Shown here: positions 1-12,041 of the stretch, piece after piece
How the letters are laid out: each line of letters opens with the position of its first letter
How positions within the stretch are numbered: position 1 is the stretch's first letter
Translations under genes and position numbers: made by a program
Notes under the pieces: generated by a model
Database searches by the model: none
What the model saw: the letters and a program-made list of their open reading frames with translations, nothing else
What the model was told of the DNA's origin: nothing
Origin: Schizosaccharomyces osmophilus
Lineage: Eukaryota
Assembly (NCBI RefSeq): GCF_027921745.1
Contig: NC_079238.1
Location: 3,224,001 to 3,288,000 of the forward strand
Direction of reading: 5' to 3'
Length of the DNA stretch: 64,000 bases

Positions 1-225
1 CCGTTTTGACTCGTTCATGGACGGTATATTTTCTTTCCGCTGTACTTTAATTTGATTATTTACAGCAGGAGAATGGTCTGTTGTTGGCAAAGAGGTAGCG
101 GCCTTTCTTTTTTGATCTTTTTTGTCTTTCACACGATCCTTCCATCGCCCGCCGGAATTTACACGATTGACCGATGAGCTAGGCTCATCAGTAACAAAAT
201 TTAATAACAATGATTCCTCTGCCAT
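1..225 (-). CDS. dbp7: DEAD-box RNA helicase Dbp7, N-terminal part (runs off window start)
   Basis: Not in ORF track. Manual translation from ATG 225 gives MAEESLLLNFVTDEPSSSVNRVNSGGRWKDRVKDKK..., open to position 1. Resembles the recalled Dbp7 N-terminus (MxxExLLLNF...RWxDR); dbp7 neighbours taf10/sfc6 in S. pombe. Confidence 0.8.
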   Translation of the reverse strand, partial: MAEESLLLNFVTDEPSSSVNRVNSGGRWKDRVKDKKDQKRKAATSLPTTDHSPAVNNQIKVQRKENIPSMNESKR

Positions 226-629
226 TTGTAATTATGAAAATTGATAGGCATGGAAGTTGGTTGCTTCTACCAAGTACTGTTTTCTCTTCTGTTTAGTGGG
301 ACTCGTTATAGTATGTAGAATACTGACTCCAAATTGAACGAATGAACTGAAACAGTTTCAATCTGAATAACGAAAAGCAAGATTTTATAGAAATAAACAA
401 AAATAAAAATAAGAAGGAGTCTTAGTTTGCTAATTAAAAAACCAGGTCATTCGCAAGTATGTAAAGAAACTCATTTCGTGAAATATTCATATACTTTACA
501 ATAGCACTTACGTGTGAACAGATACCTTTTTCTAGTAACTATAATACTGTATATAGAAACAAAAGGTTGAATGACCTTCGGGCATTTAACCCGTATTAAA
601 CATGAAAAGTAAAACATGACTGGAGTCCA

Positions 630-1280
630 TTAACGGTAAAAGTCTGGACGCTTTAAATTGATACCATACTCGTTCAATGCCGAGCTCAAGTCATCAACGG
701 TTAAGACGGCTTTGCCCCGATCACCTCTCCGAGTTGGACCACCGGCGGAGGCACCTGCAGCACTATAGTTTGGTGCGTTAAACCCGGTAGAAGAAGTAGA
801 GCTACTACCAGTACGAATTTTGGAATACTGATAGGCATCTTGAGCAATATCAGAAATGAATTTTTGAGCGGCTAGGCCCAAGAGCTTCTTAAGACGGGAG
901 TCAGCACACCGAAAACCTGAAAGACTCAAGTAATAGTCAAGTAAAACATCAGGAATTATAGGAGAGTAGTCATCCATTTCATTCATGAATTCTTGGAGTG
1001 TTTTATTTTTTGCCATGTCTCTTAATTCCAAATAAGGTTCAATTACATAGTTCGACCCATTTGCACGACGAGGCATCTCGTCTTTTCCCTCATCTTCTCT
1101 GAAACCGTCTCCGGAATGTTCATGTTCTTTTGCTTCCGATTGTTCTCTTTCTTCTAGGCGTTGCTCAGTATTGCTGGATTCCTGTAGATCGTCAAGGCTC
1201 ATAGCATCGTTGTCTTCGTCGGACTCCACTTTAGTAGTGAAATTTTCGTTTATTTCCTCTTTAGGCTCCCTTTCATTCAT
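630..1280 (-). CDS. taf10: TFIID/SAGA subunit Taf10
   Basis: MDDYSPIIPD, RLKKLLGLAAQKFISDIAQDAYQY and VLTVDDLSSALNEYGINLKRPDFY form the TAF10 histone fold. First ATG is at 1280. Confidence 0.95.
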   Translation of the reverse strand: MNEREPKEEINENFTTKVESDEDNDAMSLDDLQESSNTEQRLEEREQSEAKEHEHSGDGFREDEGKDEMPRRANGSNYVIEPYLELRDMAKNKTLQEFMNEMDDYSPIIPDVLLDYYLSLSGFRCADSRLKKLLGLAAQKFISDIAQDAYQYSKIRTGSSSTSSTGFNAPNYSAAGASAGGPTRRGDRGKAVLTVDDLSSALNEYGINLKRPDFYR

Positions 1281-1935
1281 TGTAAAAACCTGTTGTTGTT
1301 CTTGCAAGCGCTAAATAAACGTTCCCAAAAATTAAAGCAAGTAAAGGTGATAAGATGATATCCTCTATTATAACTGAAAATGCACCAATTTTATCCAATA
1401 ATCTAAATACTGGAACAATATTTTTCCTTTCAATAGCCTTTGCAACTATGATACGATGCCAAAATTCCTAAAGCTGAAATGGAACGATATTGGAAGAAGC
1501 TGATGGCACATTGTACTAATGCAAATATAGGCGATGATTACCATTCCTATTTTAAAAAAGCTAATCAAGCAAAAAATATTTATTTTTGATCCCAGAAGAT
1601 TCCTTTTGTCTCCTTCATTTTGAAATTGCTTTGTTCCTAAACTTTCGCCGTTTATTGACCACCCTTCAAAATATTGGTTTACCATAAGCTCACCACGAAG
1701 AGCAAGCATTTTCCTATACTAACTAGAAATTGAAAGGACATACTAAAAAGGATAGTTTTGGAAGCGTCTTGGTAGTTTATTTTCTGTATACTGTATTGAC
1801 GGACCGACTTTTTCATTGTATATCTAAATAAATATGCAATGAATATATCTTTTTGAAGTAATCGATTTCTGCAATTGATTTACATATATCTGAACGATAG
1901 TCATATAGCTTTAGTCTTGAAAGACTGCAGAAAGC

Positions 1936-3837
1936 ATGGGACCCAAGACACGGCGTAGAAATTCTAGCCCTGATGAATATAATACAGCGGATGAGGAAGA
2001 GAATATGGACGACTTTATTGTAGATGAGTTCCTTTCTGAAGAAGAATCCACATCGAGAAGATCTCTAAGAAGTGGTAGGAAAACTGAAGTGCCCAGAGGA
2101 ACAAGAAAGAAATCGAGTTTACAAAATAGCATGGATCCTTCAACTGAAACAACTAAACAGAGGCCCATTAGCTCTATACGGGGGCGTTCATCTAGGTTAT
2201 CTGGCACATCTGAACAGTCTCCACGAAAGGTCTATTCTAAAGGTCAAGAAGAAAAGATAATGTATACATATGGTACCGATGAATTAACTTTTCAGCGTGG
2301 AAAAAATTTAGTGAACGCTTGGAAACACTTTGAAACAGCCCCAGGGGCAGCATGTTTTGAGAGGGGTCCATTGTTTGTAGAAGTCGATTCCGACGACATT
2401 CAGCCTTCTAAGAAAAAGCAGAATCCCATTTTTTCTGATAATCGATTTGGTGAGTACTCTAATGACCATTTACCTTTATTGATTGGTAATCGGGAGCCTG
2501 TCTATAATCTTCAGCCGCTTCAGATCTTCGACAGCGAATCTAGGTACTCTTTGAAAAAAGAATATTTAGTTAATACCGGAATCCATATAACTTCTTTGTC
2601 CTGGTTACCTACGAGGGAAACAGTTCAGTATATAGCAGTAGGTGGTTTGCTGCACAGTGGTGAATTAGCTGGACCTATTTTCACGCCTTCGTCAGGAAGA
2701 AACCAGATTCAAATTTGGGATCTCGTTAATGAAAAGGAATTATATTTATACTGTACCCTTTGGCATGACTGGGGAAGCGTTTATCAACTTCAGTGGTGCC
2801 CCTGTGTTTTCAACAAAGACATACTTGGTTGTTTAGGAGTTGTTACAAGTGACGGAATAATGCGGATTATTAATGTACCTAGTAAAATAAGTCATAAAAA
2901 TGGTATGTTCAAATTTTAATTCATTAGTCGCCTCTAACATTTTTTAGTATTTATTAACGAAGCGGAGTATACATTACAGCTTCCTAATTGCTTAATTTCC
3001 TGTTTCTCTTGGATTTCTACGGGTGATGAATTTCCTAAGCAATTGCTTGTAGGATGTTCCAATGGTATGGTCAGTTTTGAAACATCAAAGTAACACAACC
3101 AGGATATGTAGCACTTTGGGACATTGTTGATTCCCAAAATGGACCTCTGTTTTATATTCCAATACATGATTCGTACATTCATACAGTTACTCAATGTTCA
3201 AATGAGTTTCCAACTATGTTTGTTACAACTGCTTACGATTGTTACACGCGCATCATAGATATAAGGCATCCTGAGTTTGAAAATAAGGCATTATCACATA
3301 AACGAGGTAGGAGCAACAGACCGTGCAGTTTTACTTTACTAACCACGTATAGATATATGTTACGCCATTGCTTGGAGTAATCTGTTGCAGTCTATAATTT
3401 CCACAACCGAATCCCAATTGGTGATGATTGAATCAATTAGAGGCCTTACCACTCAAATTCTAGACGAACGCCATGGATCAGTCATGTGTTTAGGGACAAG
3501 CAAACTCCATCCTTTTGTTGCAATTGGATCGTCAGATGGGATAGTGACAGTCGTCAATCCTTTCCGACTGTTAGGGTTTTCACATAAGCACAGGGCGAAT
3601 GTTCACAGAATTTTTCAGTTAGAGTATAGTGAAAAGCAGAAAAAGTACAGGTTCTCAAATAACTTTCGTCCTGGATTGACGAAGTCAAGGAAGCTTGATA
3701 TGTATATATTTCCTTGGCAAGTACAAATTAATTGCACAGAATGGAACCCCAATTACAGTCATGGAGGATGGTTAGCGAGTGGGATGGCATGTGGACTTTT
3801 GCGTTTAGAAGATTTGTCTGCTATTCATAGAGCTTGA
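1936..3837 (+). CDS. sfc6: TFIIIC WD-repeat subunit Sfc6 (spliced; joins ORFs 1936-2919 and 3385-3837)
   Basis: Acidic/basic N-terminus followed by WD-like repeats (LWHDWGSVYQLQW, WNPNYSHGGWLASG). GTATGT/GTATGG/GTAGGA donors near 2903, 3065 and 3307, with CTAAC branch sites for the first and third. Synteny supports the name. Confidence 0.85.
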
Positions 3838-4028
3838 AAAATTGCAATTTATAGGGAAAAAAATAATAACCGTATTCGATGTAGATTCAAATTAAATAGA
3901 TATCTATATGTCAAGTAACGCAATGAAGATACAATGAGACCTTTATAGACAAGTGAATTATTTATCATAAACGACGTTTCGTGTACTATTTAGAACAGAA
4001 GACAATGGTACAAAAAAGGAGGGGTGAG

Positions 4029-4694
4029 TTAGATTTGATCGTCGGAATCCAAAAAATTGGGATTGTTATTAATTTTCGCCAAGAACTTTGTATGCCAGTC
4101 TTGGAATACTCTCAAAGGGATGTAGGTATCACTTGGACGTATATCACCTAAACCGAGAGCATTTGGCGGAAGGTTGGAAGTTGCAAAACTTGCAAGGAAA
4201 TTATACAAATTCCGTAAGATACGTTGAGCAATTGAGGTTGTAGGAGGAAGGGGTTTCGCGATAGCAGATGTAGCTGCGGTCTCTCCAGCAGGAGATTCAA
4301 CAAAGTTAGTTATAGGCTCTACGCTAATACCCAAAACTGCTGTGACACCGATACAAGGCATGTCGTTTGACAGCGACTGAATGGTATTTTTTAAACGAAA
4401 GATTGCACTTGGCTTGTCATTAGTCAAATAGCCAAGAAACTGAAAGGCTTTTCCTGGCCACTGAAAATAAACCTTGGCTCCCATGCCAGGAGCGAATGGG
4501 GCAGTCGGTAATAAAAAGACAACGATATGGTTTAGACTTTCAGCAAAGTCAAGTTGAAACACGAATTGGTTTTCAGCAACTTGTTGTAAATTTGTCTGCA
4601 CTATAATTATGTTAGTTGGGATTCTTTTTGACGTTGAGCGTAACTCTTAAATTTAACACTTACCTAAACGTCCTGCGCAAATGGCACCAAACAT
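4029..4694 (-). CDS. opi10: Hikeshi/Opi10 family protein (2 exons: 4694-4664, 4600-4029)
   Basis: Spliced start MFGAICAGRLVQTNLQQV; FQFLGYLTNDKPSAIFRL and LGISVEP are Hikeshi motifs. Intron GTAAGT...CTAAC...TAG at 4663-4601. Confidence 0.92.
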
Positions 4695-5219
4695 GATGAG
4701 TTCTTGGAAGCGGTAAAAATCCCAATAAAATACTATACGAAGACACTAAACAAAAAGCAGAGAAGTGCTTTTTGTAGTTGTAAAAGCGTAAAACAACAGA
4801 AACAATGAGAATTTGGTAGAACCCAGCAGAAAAATCAATCAAATAAATGCTACCTCTTTGTTACTTTTTGCGAGGTAATCGTAAAGAAATGACGCACGAC
4901 AGTAAACAAATAATGGAATTCTTGATGTGTACAAATTTTAATAGTACAAACGCAAGCTTTCTTGTCACATTTTAAACATCTATTTCTGTTCAACAAGACT
5001 ATCGATGCTTAAGAAAAGCCGTTACTCCATGGACTGAAGCAAGTACATGACTTCGACGTCTAAATCCTACAAACTACAGTTCTCGTTCTCATCCAACATT
5101 CTAATTTACTACAGCAATATTGACACAAAAGTAATTTAGAAAACAAGCGTTTCATAATCTTTAATTCATTCCAACTTAACTATAATCTACTCAGGTAAAG
5201 CAACTATAAAAATATTCTA

Positions 5220-5362
5220 ATCTGTACACCAGAAAGCGAACCGATAGAACTATTAAAAAAGAGTAAATCGGATTGAGAAAGGTGATTCCATCTTGGTCTC
5301 AAGCCATTTAATTACAACCTCATTGCTGATAGCCAGGACTGCAATTGGTAAAAGAGACCTTG
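5220..5362 (-). ncRNA. Box H/ACA snoRNA, two hairpins; predicted guide for two 25S rRNA pseudouridines (snR5/snR8-type sites)
   Basis: Minus strand: hairpin 1 closed by GGUCUC(5359-5354)/GAGACC(5300-5295), hinge AGAUGG (variant H box), hairpin 2 CACC/GGUG with upper stem CCGAU/AUCGG, then ACA at 5225-5223. Pocket guides complement recalled 25S rRNA segments GGGCCAUUU-UU-GGUAAG and AAAGCGAA-UG-AUUAGAGG. Homol D box about 50 nt upstream. Confidence 0.85.
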
Positions 5363-5409
5363 GCTAAAGAAAAGTAATCTGAACCGTTCTATTTAAGCTA
5401 AAAAAGAAG

Positions 5410-5417
5410 CAGTCACA
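5410..5417 (-). promoter_or_regulatory. Homol D box (CAGTCACA/TGTGACTG), probable promoter of the snoRNA
   Basis: Perfect match about 50 bp upstream of the predicted snoRNA 5' end, the spacing known for Homol D in fission-yeast ribosomal-protein and snoRNA promoters. Confidence 0.8.
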
Positions 5418-5916
5418 ACAAAAATAGATACTTGCGCTCCACTAGTACGCTTAGTGTACTGCACTCGGTCGGCGTAAATGGAATCTTCAAAATATTGGAT
5501 ACAATCAACAGTCAGAAATATGGACTGTTGTGTTTAGTATTCTTTGTAAATTTAGTTTCGTTTTATAAATAAAATATGCTCTGTAATTTTAAGGTTTCGA
5601 TCCTCAGATTGTAAATATTGGTATGATTATGTATAAAATGTTTACTCTTCCTGTTGAGCTTGATCAATCAATGAAGAAAAAGTACGAATAAAATTACACC
5701 TTTCGTTCCTTTCCTTGGGCAATCGTAGTATCATGGAATACGAAAAAAGGGTTTTTTAAACAAGCGCTTGGAGAATAATTCCCATTGGAATCAGAATGAA
5801 ATCAAAAGTCGATTAAATTTACACAACAAAATGAATGAAAATTCTTTAAAGAGATATTTCCCTTCTATGAATCTTTCTTAAATAAAAAGCACAACCGTTT
5901 TATTCCATTTATCAAT

Positions 5917-6567
5917 TTACAAAACACCTTTTGTGCTGGGAACCTCTTTACTTTCAGTTAAAGCAGTAGCAGTTCGCAAAGCAACTGCGAAAGATTTAAA
6001 GGCACTTTCCGTACGATGATGGTCATTGTTACCATACAAGCAAGAGACGTGCAAGGTAATACCGGCACTAGTAGCAAATGAATTCAAGAGGTGGGGAACC
6101 ATTTCGCAAGAAAGCTCGCCAATTTTTTCACGCTTTAATCCAAGATCAATAACGGAATAAGGACGGCCGGACAAATCAACAACAGCTCTGGAAAGAGCCT
6201 CATCCAAAGGACAATAAGCATGGCCAAAACGCTTTACACCGGCAAAATTGCCCATAGCTTTCTTGAAAGCTGCACCCAAGGCAATTGCAGTATCCTCAGC
6301 TGTATGATGATCATCAATAACCAAATCACCCCGTGAGTAAAGACGAAGGCTCCAGCCGGAATGTTTAGCTAATGCATGGTACATGTGATCAAGAAAGCCG
6401 ATGCCGGTGTCAACTTGGATTGTTTGTTCACCTTTTTGATTTGCATGCTTCGAGGTAATGACTTCATCCAAAAAGTCTGACTCCTTAGGCAAAGGTGCCT
6501 TGTCTAAAGCAATAGCAACACAAATTTTTGTTTCATTCGTGTCTCTCTGGATGAATGCGGTTCTCAT
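5917..6567 (-). CDS. his5: Imidazoleglycerol-phosphate dehydratase
   Basis: IGPD signatures IDDHHTAED and [15 protein letters not shown]-terminus PSTKGVL. Confidence 0.98.
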   Translation of the reverse strand: MRTAFIQRDTNETKICVAIALDKAPLPKESDFLDEVITSKHANQKGEQTIQVDTGIGFLDHMYHALAKHSGWSLRLYSRGDLVIDDHHTAEDTAIALGAAFKKAMGNFAGVKRFGHAYCPLDEALSRAVVDLSGRPYSVIDLGLKREKIGELSCEMVPHLLNSFATSAGITLHVSCLYGNNDHHRTESAFKSFAVALRTATALTESKEVPSTKGVL

Positions 6568-7118
6568 TTTATTACTTACTTTTTATCCAAAATTCGAGAA
6601 AGAAGTCTGCAGTTTGTGATAAGAAAACTATTTATATTGACAAGTTCAGAGACTTCGTTTTGTAAATTCACATACTAAACTCTCAGCTTTTTCATTGGAA
6701 ATTGGCATATAGCGAAATTCTCCGTAATCCTTAAATAATTCATACTAATTCAACAAAATACGTTATTTTAAGAAGATATCGAGTTAGCCTTCAAAAGGTA
6801 AGCGACTGTATTGTTTATTCTTTGTAGATTTTATGAAGAGCAATCCATTGAATTAACAAACCTTTTTTAATTTCAAAACATTCTTGTGTAAGCGTACTTC
6901 TTGAGATGGTACAGATATCAAGGTAAGTGAACATGCTGTATTAGAAGAAATGAATAAAATGGGAATTAACGTTGAACGATGAAAAGTAAATAGATTATCT
7001 ACAAACTTACTCTGTTTTTCTTCGACTTGCTACTATTGGATTTCTCCGAATCATTTGCAAGTTGAAGTAATTCTAAAAAAGCCGTTATTTGCTTACAGCT
7101 TCTTCTTGTTGCCAAAAG

Positions 7119-8080
7119 ATGGGACTTTGCTTCAAGACTACGCATTTGCTATCATTTTTTATATTGTTCGTCATTGCATTCTACAGTCGTCGTTTCGTTA
7201 GAAAAACAAATCCTCCAAATCGTCAAGGTGGTTCCATAGTGATAACTGGCGGCAATGGTGTCCTTGGACGATCACTGATTACACAAGCCATCCGCTTTGG
7301 TCTTTTGGTCATATCTTTAGATGTTGAATATTCTCCAAACTTTTTTCAGGAAGTCCCATACGTGATTCCAATCGTATGTGATATTACGGAAGAAGAAAGC
7401 GTAAACAGTTTCCTAAAAAAATTGGAAACCATCCATGCGAAGCCATTTGCTCTTATCAATACGGGAGCTATTGCACCAAAAAATAAACTGCTTGACATGA
7501 GTAGCAAGCAACTAGCAAGGTTTGTTAATCCAGAGAGATAATATTTAACCATTTCCAGGTGTATCCATGTAAACACTATTGGACAATTCAACGTAACAAA
7601 GATGTTTTACTCTTCACTGTTATTGTCGGTAGAGCCTCATATCATCAATGTAACATCTGCTTTGGCTTACTTTAGTGCCTCTGGGGTCGGTATGGTTTTT
7701 AATTTTCGCCATAGTATCATCACTTTTTACTAACGTCTGATTTAGCTGCTTATTCTTGCTCAAAGGCTGCTTTATTATCTCTACATGAAACATTAGAAGT
7801 GGAAACTAAGCAGATGCATGCACCCGTAAAGTTATCCCTTTACTCCCTTGGCCAGTTTAAATCAACAATGTTTGACAAAGATACGCCTAATAAAATTTTA
7901 GCTCCACTGTTAAATTCAAATGATGTTGCACATATAATACTACGGAACTTAATGAATAATCAGAGCGGTCGATTTTATTACCCGCTATATGTTCGTTTCA
8001 TGCCGCTATTGAGATTTATGCCCTCAGAAATCCAAAGGATTGCTCGTTGGTTTAGTGGAATGGACGAGATTTATTCTTAG
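7119..8080 (+). CDS. Short-chain dehydrogenase/reductase with N-terminal membrane anchor (3 exons; SPBC16H5.14c-like)
   Basis: TGGNGVLG Rossmann motif; catalytic YSCSK after the second intron (about 7751); introns at about 7520-7558 and 7690-7745. Confidence 0.85.
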
Positions 8081-8095
8081 AGAAAGCATTTTATC

Positions 8096-11000
8096 CTATA
8101 TATCAATAATGGCAATTGTGCTTCCGACATGGATTTCAGCAGATGCCTGGCCAATCCAAAGGACTTTAGGACGGTCGTTTTCAAAATCAGAATTTGTCTG
8201 CAAAAGGACACGTTTAACAACGCTCAGGTTTGTGTCGTATGAGTTCAAAAATGTTCCATTTTCATACATCATTCTCCACACTATACACTCTTTTTTCATG
8301 GCGCTGACCCCAATATAACATTCACCAGCTGGGTTTGCCGATAATGTTTGAAAATCGCCATCAACCGATTCCGAACTAACGATCTTTTTCCTTTTTGGGA
8401 TTTCGTATACAGTCAAAAACCCGTTTTCTATGTATGAATATTTATCAATTCTTTCGTCAAAACATACGAAAGGAAACCTTTCTGATATAGCTTTCGTTAC
8501 TTCAATAGCTTCTTTCGAAGAACGATTAGCATACAGGATTGGAATTAATTTTTCCGTTAATAGATGATTGAATAAGACAAAATTCTGCTCCGTGTTTTCG
8601 ATGGCCAATCTCATGATTTTCAGAATTGCCTGTCGAAGCTTAGATTTATTTGGGTCGTAAACTTCATTGCATAAACAGGTTAATAAAAGGATGGAATTGC
8701 TAGAAGAAACATCGACGACTGATCTAAAAAGCATACTATTTTCGTCTTTCAAGTCGTGGTCATGGACCGATGCCGACAATGACATGTAGTAAATTAGCTT
8801 TGCGGGATCAATGTGCTTAGAAAATACCGAAAAGCCATTACTTAGTAATCGAAGAGCGACATGATCGTTTTCATAATCAGAGGCTTTTTGTAATAGATAT
8901 GAAGACAATGTTTTTACTTCATGATCGTCAAATGCAGAAGGATATAATTCGGCCAGAATGGATAGTACGTATAAAGAATGCGTGATTTCGGAATCCAGGT
9001 AGTAATTTTTTTGGAAAGAGCAGAAGACCTCAAAAAAATAATGTATTATTCTCTGTAGTTCATCGCTAGGTGTCAGTTCAGCAATTCGCAATAGCACAAA
9101 TCGAATTATCTCTTGAACATTTTTATCAGAGTTACTCCAAGCGAATGTTAGAGTAGATAGACTGTATTCAGTCGAAGTGATTCCCTCAAGGTTCAACAAA
9201 ATCCCTTCTTTGATTTGATTTTCACTTAAGCCATCATATTTACATATAGGTAAAAGCAAGGAAAAGTATAAATGAAGCAAAAGCGCAGAGCAAAAAGGTG
9301 CTTCAGAAGTAACTGATTGCATCGAAGAATTGTATCTTATTATTGCGCTTCCATCCGCCTTTCCGACACCAAGGTGAACGCATGATTGGTTAGTAATATC
9401 GGACTGGTATAGCATATCAGCTTCATTTTCTGCGTTTAAAAACGGAGGTTGGATAAAGTCTAGAAACTCGTCAACGCAGGATTTTTCAACGTAGGTTTCG
9501 TTGGAAAAAATAATACTGTTAACCAGTGCTTTAGTATTTAAAAAGGTAACCAAGAGGTCATCTGTTATCGTAGAATACGTGCCACGATTAGCTGTTACTG
9601 GATCGCAATGTTTACCAAGATTAATCGATACGAAGGATGCATCCATGACAGGATTATTCTTCACGTCATGCACTTCTTGCTTCAAAAATTCCCATTGTAA
9701 TGATTGGAAATTATCATAAGAAACAAAAATAGAATCGGAACCGTAAATATAATGGATGCTCTCTGCCTGTGATCCATCGGAAGGTAGAAATCCAAGACTA
9801 AACCCGTTAGTTTTAAGCAATTTATGGCTGACTTACACATTAAAAAGCTCATCTAGTGCGGTTAAGGACCCATCCAAGCCAACGAAAACATATACCCCGC
9901 TTTGTTTAGAAGACATAACTTTCCTCAGAAAAACCACTTTTAAAATACACAAGGAATTCAACGTACGATGGCAAATAAACTGCCAACGTTCTTGATGTAA
10001 TAATTTATAGAAATAACCATTTCCATCTTTAGTGGTCACCACTAACACAATTTCAGAAGGATCATTTTCAAAAATTTTCATACAGGTTACCAATCCTTTT
10101 ACGCTTGGAAAGGATTCGACAGGAAATGGATCATTGTGTATATACCAGTCAAAAAGAGAGTACATAGCCAGACCAGTTGTTCCTCCTAAAAACAAGTTTA
10201 GATTATAGCAATATGCAGATGTAATAACTTTCTGATCCAGATGAGGACTTAAAAGGATTTGTCGCTGATTATTATTCATTATCCATTCAAGAGTGATTTT
10301 AGAAGAGCATTTTTTTAGTATTACTGGCTCCTCGTTGTAAAGAAAAATAGACTTCCATGGATACCTACCGGAGAAAGAATTAACTACATTTAATTCAGGA
10401 ACGGAAGTTGAGGACAATTTTAGCAGGAGCATTTCGGAAAGAGTGAAAAGACAAATTGCACCAGTCTTTAAAAGTAAAACCGAAGTGACCTGCTCTTTGT
10501 AGTAGTAACACTCGCATTTTTGTAAATCACGGACTATAGATATCCCTGACTCATAGACAAAAATGTGGAGATTTTTGGATAAATATTTAGCAGAATGGAC
10601 GGATATCAGGCTTCCAAGTTTCTCAGTAGCAATTGGTTTACAAGTCACTTTTTTCTCAAATTCCAAAGAAGTCGACTTTTGAGACCAAAGAGAGACCGAC
10701 CCGTCGACATAACCAACAGGGATGCAATTGGATCTTTCATTGCAGGAGAACAATATAGGCCAGTTATCGTGATTGATCCAATTACCAGCAATACTAAAAT
10801 TCGCTAATTGTATAATGTAAATAGATAAATAGGTACCACAAACACAAACGTAGTTTGGATTCAACAGATACAGCTGCAGACATAGGCCATCATGAAGTTG
10901 AAGCTTTGCACGACAATTACAGGATTTTAAAAGCCATTGACATAGAAGTCTAAATAATTTACAGGTTAGTCCGTGGTGCAAAGAATAAATAACAGTCAAT

Positions 11001-11280
11001 GGAATCAAACTCACCCAGATTCATCCAAGCTAAGGACTGCTAGGTCAACAATTCCGTCAACTTCAAAAGGAAAACAAAGCACCGAGTTAATTGGATGTTT
11101 GTGATATAAAAGGTGTTGAGTATATTCAAGGTCTCCATTCTCTCGCACTGTGAACACTAAAATTTGACCAGAAGATTCTCCTACCACCAATATATTTTCA
11201 TATTGACATACAAAAGAAACATCGGTTTTCGTTTCAAGTCTAGTTGTAGGGCAATTCTTTGCTAACACCACCCGGTCCAT
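8096..11280 (-). CDS. wdr7: Large WD-repeat protein, WDR7-like (3 exons joining ORFs 11011-11280, 9833-11014, 8096-9820)
   Basis: Three consecutive minus-strand ORFs joined by GTGAGT (about 11013) and GTAAGT (about 9836) introns; WD-like segments. Name rests on synteny with SPBC16H5.13. Confidence 0.72.
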
Positions 11281-11937
11281 ATTAAAGTTGTTCCCAATTC
11301 ACGTAAGGTTTTCATGTATTAAATGTAGAGATGAAAGAAGTTTGTATAAGAAGATAGACCTGAATTGACAATAATCGGAATCTGTAATACGTGTCAGCAT
11401 CAACCGATTGAAGAAGCCAATAAGGATTTCTACTTAGCCCCATTCTTCTTAAAACGCAAGTAAAAATCCCATTGTTGCGCTGCTTTAATTTGGTTACCTT
11501 TATTCTAATTACTTTATCAACATTCAAAATTATCAATCTTGTATTTTTTGGGACTATAATATGTTCATGGTATGTACGTAGTAAACAAAAGTGGGTTAGC
11601 TATAACGCTACCGTTTCGAAATCAACAGCTTCTAACGAACAAGTCAAGTCAAAACGGTTCAAAAAACAAAAGAGAGAAAGAAAGAGTAAAGATTCAGGAA
11701 ATGCAGGTTTCCTCTAGATAGTTACAGTAACTGAATACCAATTCTCGGATTGTTTGTACTTACTAGTTACCAATACGTATTACCCTGGAACCAGTCTAAA
11801 GAGCTCATCGTCTATATAATGCATGGCCTAAATCACGAAACAAATAGAAAGTTGATTTTCATTTCTTTCGAAATAATAGTCTTTGTTTATGTTCAAAAAC
11901 GATCGTCCAGGTAAGACATAAAGGCAAAAAAAAGTTT

Positions 11938-12041
11938 TGACCGGTGAGGGATTCGAACCCTCGCATCTTCCGATATAGCAAGACTTCAACAGTCCAAGTT
12001 TCACTTGAGTGCTACGCCATAGACCGCTCGGCCAACCGGCC
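11938..12041 (-). tRNA. tRNA-Leu(CAA) with 22-nt intron (12003-11982)
   Basis: Acceptor stem GGCCGGT/ACCGGTC-A, A box TGGCCGAGCGG, anticodon arm TAGCA-CTCAAG^T-TGCTA, long variable arm, B box GGTTCGAATCC. Downstream T-run terminator and upstream TATA-like sequence. Confidence 0.97.

Noticed and set aside
1446..1709. Short ORFs in intergenic DNA (also 11312-12586, 24431-24977, 37629-39679)
   Set aside because: AT-rich low-complexity translations with no homology cues or codon bias.
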